From Amphiscolops sp. MND2022 (lineage: Eukaryota), in the NCBI GenBank assembly GCA_964187785.1, contig OZ076409.1:17238001-17302000 (forward strand): a stretch of DNA of 64,000 nt. Direction: 5' to 3'. Shown in pieces: positions 51,729-62,879 of this stretch (positions are counted from its first letter, which is position 1; each line of letters opens with the position of its first letter). The translations under genes were made by a program, and so were the position numbers. Under the pieces are notes generated by a model. It saw only the letters and a program-made list of their open reading frames with translations. It had not been told where the DNA came from and did no database searches.

Positions 51729-53371
51729 GCATATTAAAATAATCGTTGTCTTCATGTGTTGCGAAGCACCGCTTCGCCTCTGTGTGTAAATACTTGCCAA
51801 CCTTGAAATAATATCAAAATCCCTAGGGTATATAGGCCTAATACTAATACATCGGATTGAAAAATAAGTATATTGTATTCTATGAAACCAAAAATGTTTT
51901 TTGTCAATATATTTAATACAATAATTTTTTTGCATCCCTTTGCATGATTATTACCTGGCCAGCACGTTTAATACGAAGCAGCTAGTTTTTGCTTGGCCTC
52001 TAGATGAATGCACGCGATTTTTGAACCACGATCATGAAATGTGGCGATGTCTGACGGAGTAGTATCATAACCCAATTGAGTTTTGTGTTGGATCGACTGC
52101 GTTCACTGCAAGCTTGGATTGTTCTTCCAAGTTGTTGATGATTTTTGCATGTTTCAGGATGATGAGTGGTCGTTGCCTTGATGGTAGCTGTGGTTGGACT
52201 GTTCGGTTCCAGTTGCAGGTCAGGGAGCAGTCGATCATCTGCTTTGTTGCCTTTACTATTCGTTTCTCCATAAATTCATGAATCGATGTTTCAATTCCGA
52301 CTACTTTTAATTCATAAATGTTATTTTTCTATTGTAAACTAAATTAGTCCAAAATCTATTGCTTATTGTAGCGATATTACCGCTTCCCCATCTAGCCTGT
52401 CGTTGCATCAGTAGTTTTTGGGTAAATGCGATTTTTGTTTTGCAGCATTTTCAAAATTAACAAATGTTTCTGTAGAAGTTCTGCACTTTGAACCGCGTTT
52501 TTATCAGTTTTGTGTTGAATTGAAAGATGTGTGTCAGTTGTGTGACCGCTAAGCGTAATTCAGCTATTGCTACCGCTAGCTATCGAAAGATGTAGATTGC
52601 TGTAGCTGAAAAACAAGTGGAAGAGCTCAATTTGCTTATCAATTTTCTCGCCTTGAAATTTTTCTGATAGGCGCAAGAGAAAGAAATAACCATAGATTTT
52701 TTTTAGAAATGAGAACCCCTCTTCGAATTCTTGAAAAAGTTAGTGCCGGAACGCTCGGTTCAGCTACCGAATTCATGTTTTGGGAACAAAAAGAGAACAA
52801 ATTTGCGGGAAAAGTATTTGAGAACATCGGTAGCTAGCGGTAGCGATGATTTCAAAGAGCGATAGTAGTGTTCAATCCACTGATAAGTATCGTACTGATG
52901 CAACAAATATATTTGTATTGCTGAAGACATGATGCGCTGCTGTTTATGTTGATAAAAGTTTGATATTATTGTAAATACAATTGCACATCGCCGGTATTTT
53001 GTCTCGAGAAATGCTGAGTTGGTGCTTAGAAGCTGTCTGTGCGCCTAGTTTAACCTCTTGTCTCAATTTTTTTACTCAGCTCGATGTCAAATTAGTCCAC
53101 CCAAAGGTGCCAATTTTCCTCACTTTCCGAGGTATTCCATTTCTGAGAATAAATTTCGAGGTAGTATTTCAGTTTTTTAAGAAGACACTAGCTGAGAATT
53201 CTAATGGCTGAGAAGTTACGTCATTCTGATAATCAGGTGATTTTTGTAGTATATTTTTCAGAAAGATATAGAAACATTCAAGAACGTTTCGACTCGCTTG
53301 AAAGAATCCAGTTTCGTTTGGGCTGAAGTAAGGCACTGTGGTCATAATGTGAATATATCTCGTCGATTATT

Positions 53372-54799
53372 ATGAGCAAGTGGCTTAATCAGCAAAACTC
53401 GTGGGGCAAGCACGGGAGGGTGCCTGGAAACGTACAGCCCGTAGTATATGGTGCTCAGCACCCACCTTTGGGTGCGCAGAGCAGCAGTAGCAATTCTCCT
53501 GGAAAAACCCAGAAGGCTAAAAATTTTGACGAGTTTGAACAGAAAACCCACGATGCATGGGAATTCTCCAATGATGATCTCTTGGCCCTGGGGTTGGGCA
53601 AAGTTTTGCAAGATGTAGCGGAGTCTACGGCCAATACAGTGATAGAAAACCACCGAAAGAAGTCAGAAATATCAGAAAATGCACAAAATTCAAACAGATC
53701 GACGAGTCACGGTGATAATTATGTCGCATCGTCTGGAGCCCCTCTCGAGTTTGACCCCGATGACCCAAAATCTTATCCCAGGCCAAATTCCAGGGAACGC
53801 GACAAAACGGAACGAGAAGCAACCAAATTGAAGAGGTTTGAAGAAGTGTTGGAGGAAGATCCCATCAGCTTAGAACGATTGAGGGGTCTGTGTTGGAATG
53901 GAATTCCGGTCAAACTTCGACCGATTGCTTGGCGACTGCTGACGGGGTACTTACCAGCTAGTAAAATAAGACAAACAGAAACTCTAGAGAGGAAGCGGAA
54001 AGAGTATTTTCTGTTTGTTGATCGGCTTTTTGATACTGCCTCTGATTTCAACCAGGAGACCTATCGTCAGATAAAAATTGATATCCCTCGAACCAAACCA
54101 CTCATTCCCTTATTCCAAAAACCTGAAGTTCAAGGAATGTTTGAACGGATTCTGTACATATGGGCTATTCGTCATCCTGCAAGCGGCTATGTGCAAGGAA
54201 TCAATGACCTCGTTGTGCCATTTTTCACGGTTTTTCTATCAGAAGTGAATGGATTCAAATACGTCGAAGACTTAGAGGTTTCCAATTTCTCCCTATCTCA
54301 TTTACAAAATATCGAAGCTGACTCGTTCTGGTGTCTAACCAAACTGCTTGATGGCATCCAAGACAACTACACGTTCGCTCAACCAGGTATTCAGCACAAA
54401 GTCTCCTTGCTCAAAGACCTCATGAAGAGAATCGATGTGGAGTTGCATCATCATCTAGAAACGCATCAAGTAGAATATCTACAGTTCGCATTCAGGTGGA
54501 TGAACAACCTCCTCATGCGTGAAATTCCTTTGCAATGTTCTATCAGGTTATGGGATACGTATCAGGCCGAGCCCGATGGTTTTTCCAATTTTCATCTCTA
54601 TGTATGTGCTGCTTTTCTCAAGTACTGGTCAAGACAGTTGAAAGAGGAGAAGGATTTCCAAGGGCTGCTTTTGAAGTTGCAGAATCTGCCCACGTACCAC
54701 TGGCGGGACAACGAAATCAACCAGATTCTTGCCCAGGCGTATGAACTGAAGTGCATGTTTGCCAATGCCCCTAGCCATTTGAACTCTCACACAAGTTGA
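53372..54799 (+). CDS. TBC1D22: TBC1D22/Gyp1-type Rab-GAP, single coding exon, 475 aa
   Basis: WNGIP...RPIAWRLLTGYLP, QIKIDIPRT, WAIRHPASGYVQGINDL, EADSFWCLTKLLDGIQDNYTFAQPGIQ, QFAFRWMNNLLMRE. Confidence 0.95.
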   Translation: MSKWLNQQNSWGKHGRVPGNVQPVVYGAQHPPLGAQSSSSNSPGKTQKAKNFDEFEQKTHDAWEFSNDDLLALGLGKVLQDVAESTANTVIENHRKKSEISENAQNSNRSTSHGDNYVASSGAPLEFDPDDPKSYPRPNSRERDKTEREATKLKRFEEVLEEDPISLERLRGLCWNGIPVKLRPIAWRLLTGYLPASKIRQTETLERKRKEYFLFVDRLFDTASDFNQETYRQIKIDIPRTKPLIPLFQKPEVQGMFERILYIWAIRHPASGYVQGINDLVVPFFTVFLSEVNGFKYVEDLEVSNFSLSHLQNIEADSFWCLTKLLDGIQDNYTFAQPGIQHKVSLLKDLMKRIDVELHHHLETHQVEYLQFAFRWMNNLLMREIPLQCSIRLWDTYQAEPDGFSNFHLYVCAAFLKYWSRQLKEEKDFQGLLLKLQNLPTYHWRDNEINQILAQAYELKCMFANAPSHLNSHTS

Positions 54800-55713
54800 C
54801 CTTTGATTGTTGAACTCCGACCCCCCAATGATGTCTGTATGAATTTCAGTGACCTGTGACCTGACTTCTCTTGACCGAGCTTGGCCCCGTGGATGCGGTC
54901 AAATGGCAATTCCTCTGTTTTATCTTTCAAACCGAACCTTTATCACGAATAGTCAACAATTTCAAATTAATCACTTACTGCGTATTTTTATGCGTTCCGT
55001 CTCAATATTTGAGGTACCTATTGGTTTGTGAAATATCTATATTTAATTACAGCCAAACTAGATCATGAAAATTCAAAGTGAATTTTTCAAATAACTATTA
55101 CTTAGTTTGTCCATTCCTGTTTGAGAATCTATGATCTTTAGGATACAATTGTATAGAAAAGAATGTGCTTTAAATTATAAATATCTTTGTTTGAAACTCA
55201 GTTGATATTTTTCCTCCAAAATTCACCCTAGCATTTCTACACTAAGCGCCGCCTCAATATTTTTTGTTGGTTTTAAACAAAAGGATTGCTGTATGATTGT
55301 ATCGAATAATTTAGGACTCGATTTAATCGACATCGGTAACCTTTCAGCAGCTGAATCGATACAAACTTAGTTATAGAAAGTAATCGGATATTTTCTCTGC
55401 ATTCATCTCGGCAGCATGCCATTTTGGACATTTATCTTCGTATTAAGAGAGACTCTTGCAAGATATTGATGTGAATTTTGGGTCAGATTTTGGGAGTGTA
55501 ATGTAAAAAGGAATAGTTGCAAAATATATTTCGATTTTTCTGTTCAGTTTATTATATAAATACTGTTGATAAATTGCAATACATATATCTCAAGTTCTCG
55601 TTCTCAAATTTACTCCAAACTGTCTGGAACCGAAGATTCAGCAACCATTTCATGTGAGTATCAGTATTTCGAAAATATTCTTTTTCAGATTCACTGCTCA
55701 ATCTGTTTCAAGC

Positions 55714-58700
55714 ATGTCTCTTTATCCAACATTGGAAGATATGAAGGTGTCGCAAATGCAGCAGGTTAATACTTTAACCAACAACTTTTAATAATTTGAT
55801 GGCATTAAATTGTATCATTTGATTTCTACGGAAGGTTTTCACGGCAATACAATCTGTCGTAGCATGCTTTTTTTCATTTGCTATTAAATCGACAGTTTTC
55901 ATTGAAAGTGAATTTTTACTTCAAAAAAGTTCTCACTATAGCCCTAGTTTCTGTTTGCCGGCGGTACTAATTGCTTGCAATTCACTGGAGGATTTGAGAC
56001 ATCAATTTGGGGCTCCCAAAAAAGAGTGAACTGCTATTGCACTATGGGTATAAGTTTTCATTTTCCGTCCATTTGGGAAAGGAAAATTACTGAGCCGCGT
56101 GTTTGTTACAAAATTTGTCATTTTCCAAGTTTATACCCAAGTACTTCCTCAAAATTCAGCTTCCATAAAGTTTCGTTTTGTGGGATTTGTATTTCTAGAG
56201 ATATTTGAACTTTTTGGAAGTGCTTAGAGAGAAAAGTGCCCAAAATAGCTAAAACTTTCCAGTTGCACAAATATTAGTGAGCCTCAATTGGTACAATTTT
56301 TGAAGTTTGACGCGAGATTGGCTCGTAGCTATTTCTTGAGGTTTCTGGCAAAAAGTTCGCGGATTGGACACATACCAACCTTTTTGCCTTTTCAGTTGAA
56401 TTTTTGAAAATTCCCTGGTTGTTTCTCTAATTTTCGAGTTGCATGGAAGAATCTGACCCAAAAACATTCGAGCAAGTCACCAAATCTTCATTAATTTGAA
56501 GAGATGCTGTAATATTACAAACGAGTCTAATCATTTTATCACTTTGGCAGTTTCTGGCCTGATTTTCATCGAGAGTATTAATTGATTGTTTTCACCCCTA
56601 TTTCACATTTTTCAACATTGTGGAAATTTTAGTTTTTGGCGTGCACAAAAATTCTCATGGCTTTTGTACGAAGTACATACGATAGGCAGAACTATGTTAA
56701 TCACGTTTTTGGACCGCCGGAATAGTGAAAACAGCTGAAAAGGCTGACAATAGCGTGTTTTATTACAACTCATTTGGCAAACCTGATGTTTACTTAGTAA
56801 ACGAATGTTCTTAGGTAGAATTTATAAGTTAGCGAGTGACGTCAGCGATGAAATGAGTCGAATCGGCTAAGTCAGAGTTGATCTCTGAGAGCGAATTTTA
56901 CTAAGTCCCACTTAAGAGCGAAAATATTCTAAGATACCACCCAGAAAATTCAAGCGTGACAAATCTTTAAACCCCCCCCCCAAACGCTTTTTCTCAGAGA
57001 CTATCAATCGTAGAGACTTGAAATTTGGCACACGTATACCTAAGCTGTTATGCTACTGATCCATAAAAACGGAACCGAGCCGAGACCCCCCAGTCCCGGG
57101 CTATTAGCACCGGAAGTGACCTAGGTCGACCCCCCTACGAACTCGTCGGCCAAGCTAGGAATAAGCCCGATTATATATGGAATGGATAGCCCATGGGAGA
57201 GTAAGCCGTTTGCGCATGTTTTCGGAACCCTACGATGCGTGTAGGAGGAGCACGGACCCTAAGTAAATAAACACCTAACGGTATGTAAATCGCCACCGGA
57301 TGACCCAAAGATCATGAAACTTACCCAAGATGTTCAGCTAGTAACCCTAAGTAGTATACATGAAAGATACATTAATCGGTCCACCACGCGCGGAGTAATG
57401 TTTGTTTAAGGCACGCGGGACCGGACGCGCGGGCCCGACCGATAAAAGACATTTGACCTTGGCTTGTAATACCTCAAACGAACCGGAATGATGAATGTTG
57501 TCGATTAATACTGTGAATGAGACCGTATTTGTAACCCATGCGGGGGTAGCCGCCTTAAGTAAACAGATCATACGCATATCATGTAACTCGAAGACCATTG
57601 ACCCTAGGACGATATAACTTGGCATGCAGCAACTCTGGACGAGGACGAATAACTTCAAGGTCACTGATGGATCTCAAGGTCATTTTAGATGCAACCCATG
57701 AACATATGGAGAGACTTATGATAAAACATGTAAATCAGCGCCGTTAAGTGATAATTTATGCATTTCAGTCAGGCGAGAGAATTCGCGATGCATTGCGTCC
57801 AAAAGGACGGAAAAGTAACCCTCATACGTAGAGAGCATGTAAACCATGTAACTGAAGGTCATTAAACTATTTTCTCGATATTAGAAATATCTCGGGTGAC
57901 ATGAATTAATATTGAAATGTGAACTTTGTACAACCTTTGTTGAAGTATTTGTCGTTGGCGGCGAAGAATGTCTGGCCGAAACATGACTAGGGCGCTACCA
58001 TGCCATAAAAGGAATGAAACTACATGAAGTCAAAAGCATGCAAAATAAAAGAGCGACATCGGTACAACAAAAATGCGGGCGATGAACAAATATGATTGAG
58101 GCGGGATTGGAATATACTTGAATAGACAGAACCGAGTTAGAAAGCTGGAATTAAGTTGAGTCTCGCGGAGGCAAGATACTTGTTCGAATTAACACTCGCG
58201 TTTCTCGACAAGCGAGTAAGAGAACTAGAAGAAAGTTGAGTCTCGCGGAGACAAGAGACACTTCTAGATTACATTGTCGCCAGCAGAAGAGATTAACCGA
58301 CAAGTCAGGGACTTGTAATTTTGGTTGAAGTTTGAGCTTCAACAAGATTGAATTGCGCCTAACGCACCTGGCTGAATCGTGGATTCGATTGTTGTTGTAC
58401 CCTTTCACTGAGAATTGTAGATAGTACTTGATGAATATTAGTTAGTTTGACTGATTGGAATTACTTAGTGTTATTGTTTTCGTTAGAGAAGTAATTTTAT
58501 TATTCCATTATTCAAAGCTTTTGGAAACCGTGAGCCGAAAGAGCACTATTTGGAGAGAGAAATTGACAGTAACTTCAAGAGAATCGGCTAACTCACTAAA
58601 ACAACCTTTTTGTCTGTTAAGCTTCTAATCCGAGGTAAAACTCTCTCCGACCCCCGAATTGGATTTTCTTACAAACATTATCATTTTGCAGGAACAATAT

Positions 58701-60120
58701 ATTTCATTGGAATCGCCAAGTTCTCTTTCAATTTCAATACACTTGTACGTATTCATTGGTAAATTTTGCACACTATTTTCTCGAATTGGATCCAAACCTA
58801 TCGCAATTTCAGAGTCGAAAGCGTGTAACGAAACCGGTACTTGACCACGGAGCTAAGGATCAATCTTTTTTATTAGCGCGACAGAAGTGACAGCACCATA
58901 ATATGAAGTCCAAATTCAACTACTCGAGTGTTATCATTTTTGGTTTCATCAAATTGAGTTTCGTGAACATTTTCTACTGTTCACTGCTGTATTGGTAACT
59001 TCATTTTTGATCGCAGTTTGTTAAAACTCATTTTTAAATTACCGAGTTCAAAAGTTATTTGATGTGCGCATTCATTTTTCTCTTTTGCCACTTTTGTGAC
59101 AATTCATCGGGATGACTTTTCCAGGTGCTGTTAACTTTTCTCACATCCTAAATGGAGTCCTTTTGTTCTTGCCTGCTTCATGACACGTGGAGTGACATGG
59201 ATGTTTTAGGCTCAATACGTACCCCCGCCTTCATATTCACACTATCCCGCGCCACCCGCCTACCCTGCGCAGCAGACGAGCAGTAGCGGGGGATACCCCT
59301 GTGTGGACAACCAAGCCGCATCGGTGGGGGTGTCAACTGGTAATGCTGTCATCGCCTACCCCAGTCTCAGTGACTACATGGGTCTCAGCTTGCAAACTTT
59401 CGCCGCCCCGCAGGTTAGTGCATAACAAGTTCCTTCATGTTCTATTTGCGACCTTGGAAACCCTATGCGGGATAATTTGGTATCTTGAATGAAGCTTTCT
59501 AGTCAAAGTTTTCAGTTTTGGGTCATAGTATGTTATCTCAATTTGTTTTTTTTTTCAAAGATTTTTTTCGAGCTATCGCCAGGATTTGTACGGGGGTTTT
59601 CTTTTAGTTAGGGAGATTTATATGATAATTACAACAAAACATATTTAGGGAACTTGGCGTCAAAATGAGACCGAGTATAACTCTTCAGCAACGTTGTAGC
59701 TCAATATTTGGAAATGAACTTCTAAATCGAATATTTCAAGACCCAAAAATTCTACGTCACAATGCAATCTCTTATTTGATAGATTACAGCGATGTTTCAA
59801 CAGGGAAAGATGTTCTTTCCAAAGCCACGGGAAGCACATTGACTATTGCGTATTGTCAAAATGATGCTAATGTTCGAAATATTTTATGTTGTTAGCGCTT
59901 CGGAGTACTACCAAATAGTCCAAATTTAATTCTGTGTTGAATTCAGGCTGGCGCAGTTGTTCATGTGTCTCCCAATCAGCGACAGGTGGTGAAGGCTCCC
60001 GTGACATCAGCGAGTTTGAACAGCATCAAACGAGCTGCCATCAAACCGGGAGTCACCGAAGTGATTCTCTGCAAGGACGAGGACGGCTTGGTTGGGCTGA
60101 AAGTGAGAGACATCAGCAAG
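55714..60120 (+). CDS. SDCBP: Syntenin, first three coding exons (55714-55764, 59210-59413, 59947-60120); continues beyond window
   Basis: MSLYPTLEDMKV start; YPSLSDYMGLSL; IKRAAIKPGVTEVILCKDEDGLVGLKVRDISK (start of PDZ1); phase-0 GT-AG junctions. Confidence 0.9.
56985..57700. repeat. Probable interspersed repeat remnant in syntenin intron 1
   Basis: Recurrent aaa(t/c)ttggca, tgaccttg and caaggtca motifs, higher GC than flanks; single copy in window, so unconfirmed. Confidence 0.35.
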
Positions 60121-60247
60121 GTTCGTTTTCAGTCTTCAGTTTTTATACAAAATTGAAATCTTTTATGAGACTTTCACACTGTCGAAGGAAATGGTCTGTC
60201 GGTTGACGGCGACTGCGATTTCATCTTTTCATTCGAACTTCCCCAAC

Positions 60248-60693
60248 TTTTTTTAGTCGGCGCTTCATGAAGTGAAACGCGACTATTATAGTGACTTTTT
60301 TCAATCCACACGAACTGACCAAAATGGTTCTACGAAATTTTATGGTCTCAAATTGAACCATTTGACCTAGAAATAGAATCAAAAAGGTTTTTCTTTTTTT
60401 TTCCTCGTAACAATACCGGGCGAGACTAAAGGGTCCCCCTACAGTTTTTTCGGCATTGTGCTACTTTTTTTTCGAAAAAAAATCCCTAAAGGGCCCCCTT
60501 CAACTTTTTGATGTTTTGCAGCATCGGATCTTTAAAAGTCCGAAAGGACCCCCCTTTTAGCGCACCAGGGGCACCTGGCGCGCCATTTCGGTCGTTTGGG
60601 TTTTTCGAAAGTGCTTCGAAACTCTTTTTGGAAGTTTGATACTTTGATTTAGGAGCCTTAGATATGGCGCCGGCTTATGCCGTTCCCGGCTTC
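60248..60693 (+). mobile_element. Family A HINE-like copy
   Basis: tttagtcggcgcttcatgaagtgaaacgcgacta start; gccgttcccggctt end. Confidence 0.75.
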
Positions 60694-60696
60694 TCA

Positions 60697-61226
60697 TTTT
60701 TTCTGCGATATCAGAAATAATATAGAAATCTGAATTATGCAACTTTTTCTCAGCTGAATTTTGTTAGCGATTTCGAGTACCCACTGAAAAATTCAGATAT
60801 TTTGTTCGACAGTGAGTATAAGCGTCAGATTTAAATTTCTCAAGCTGCCAACAACAATTCGTTTCTCGTGCGATGGAACGGGCGAGTGGTAGTTATGCAT
60901 TCGTAGGCCGAATTCATTGAGGTGAAGCGAGCAAATATTCGTAATTATGCTTTCGCACGCCGAGTCATTGAGACGAATGTTAATTAGTCGTTTGCCGAGA
61001 GCTTCGCCAGCATTTAATTGCGAATGCGAAACTTCGTCTACGCTTAGTAGTTATATTTTCTTTAGTCCGAGAAGATTTAAAGTCCGTGTAAACCGATACA
61101 GTATTTAATGGTGCGCTGAAAGATATAACAGGAGTGTATAGTTATTCCAGATTCTATTGATTATCCTTCTATTTCTGAACGTGAAAGCCTAAAAGCAGAA
61201 ATAATACTATGCCCCGCAGGAGCTTT
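60697..61226 (+). mobile_element. Family B copy abutting a family A copy
   Basis: ttttctgcgata start, same core, gccccgcaggagc end. Confidence 0.72.
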
Positions 61227-61350
61227 GTTCTGATCATTGGTTTTATTTGTGAAATACCGGACTAAAAATAGCCAAAGACATCACTGTTTGACGAATTCAA
61301 AATTATTTTCTCCTCAAATTGATCTATTTCTTCAAAACGAACTTTTTCGA

Positions 61351-61724
61351 TTTTTAGTCGGCGCTTTTCGTAGAAAACGCAGACTATACCAGTGACTTTT
61401 CTTTCTTTTTTTTTCAACGAAGTGACAGATTTTATAAGCTTTAGAAGCTGACTTGCAGTAACACTAACTGCCGCACTACTTCTACTGGCACTTGAGATAG
61501 AGGTTAATTAGGCTTTTTTGAGGTCCCCTTTTACATTTTTCGGCACTATGCGACTTCCCGGGGACCAAAAAAATTTTTGAAAAAAAGTTCAAATAAAATT
61601 CGGATTTTTTTTCAATTTTTTCTTCACGCGGATACTGTAGAAGCGAATACTTGACACTTTGAAATCCTTTTGCTATTTTTGAGCCTTAGATATGGCGTCG
61701 ACTTGGGCCGTTCCCGGCTTGTTT
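61351..61724 (+). mobile_element. Family A HINE-like copy
   Basis: tttagtcggcgcttttcgtagaaaacgcagacta start; GCCG-ttcc-CGGC hairpin 61707-61718. Confidence 0.75.
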
Positions 61725-62879
61725 AAATATATTAACTCTTTCAAGTGGAGCAGTTTCAATTTAACTTTCAAAGTATTTGCCCTCCAGTTTACAGTAATAG
61801 CATATGGCATTCTTGATTTGATTGTCGTCACTAAATCTTTTGTTGATCAGAAATTTCAATCTTTCCTCAGTATTCTTCTCACAATTTTCCTCAGCATTGC
61901 CTTATTCGGAAAAACTACCTCTAGATCGATTTATTAACAATAATTGAGCTGATTTTTGAAATTATTCTTTTTTCGAGAAATTATTCGTTATCGACTAATC
62001 AAATCCTAGGTGCGTAGATTTAATCACGATAACCAGATTTGCAAATTTTTGTTTTATAGTGGGCACTCTTCTAGTATAAAGTGCCCGACTATTACAGTGG
62101 CTAGTTTTTTTTCGTCAGACCAAAAAGCTCACCCTGTATGTTCCAGTTTTTGTGCATTATGTACTTTTACCATAGGCACTCAGTACTTCATTTTGGACGC
62201 ACCCAAACCCTCTAACATGAAATACAAAACCATTCCGAAGCAGAAGTGTCCCCTTTCCAATTTTTTGTCACTATGAAACTTTTCGGCTTTGAGACTTTTT
62301 TTGAGTTTTACAACAAACTGGATTTCCAAAAAGCCTAAAGGATCTCCCTTTTTCAATTTTAAAAACTTTGCGCTTTTGTTTGAAATTTCGTTTCAAACTT
62401 TGCGTTTTTTGTTTCCGTTTGTTTCAAATTGTATTGTGAATTTCTTATTAATTAAGTTTAATCTGACAAAATTAAAATGTTTTGAGGAGGACACAAGGTT
62501 GTGGAAAGCATCCGTTTGCCCTGGTAGAGGTATCCAATTGACATGAGTTCCGATTTGTTTCACGATTTTGATTTTGCTTGCTGTGTTTCACATTGTTTGA
62601 AGTTGCTTTCTTGTTCTTCTAACTAAGGAGAGGATAACGTAAAATCATACAATTTTGAGTGCGCTCGGGTACATTTTTTCAATCTTGTCAAAAATTTTTA
62701 AATTTAACGAGAAAATCCTTAGATTAGTTTTTTTCTCTTCACCTATTAACTTCAACTGTGCGCTTACCACAAAGTACGTTGGTAGTAGACGAAGTTTGAG
62801 TTATAGGAACGAAGGCGGTCTTTATGGATTCGGCCCCGTGGTTTTCACGAATCGACTTAAGTTATTATACAAGATGGTA

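Noticed and set aside
52064..52077. TCATAACCCAATT matching the human RNase P 3' region as recalled
   Set aside because: No upstream CR-I partner found; it also shows that short motif matches can be coincidental
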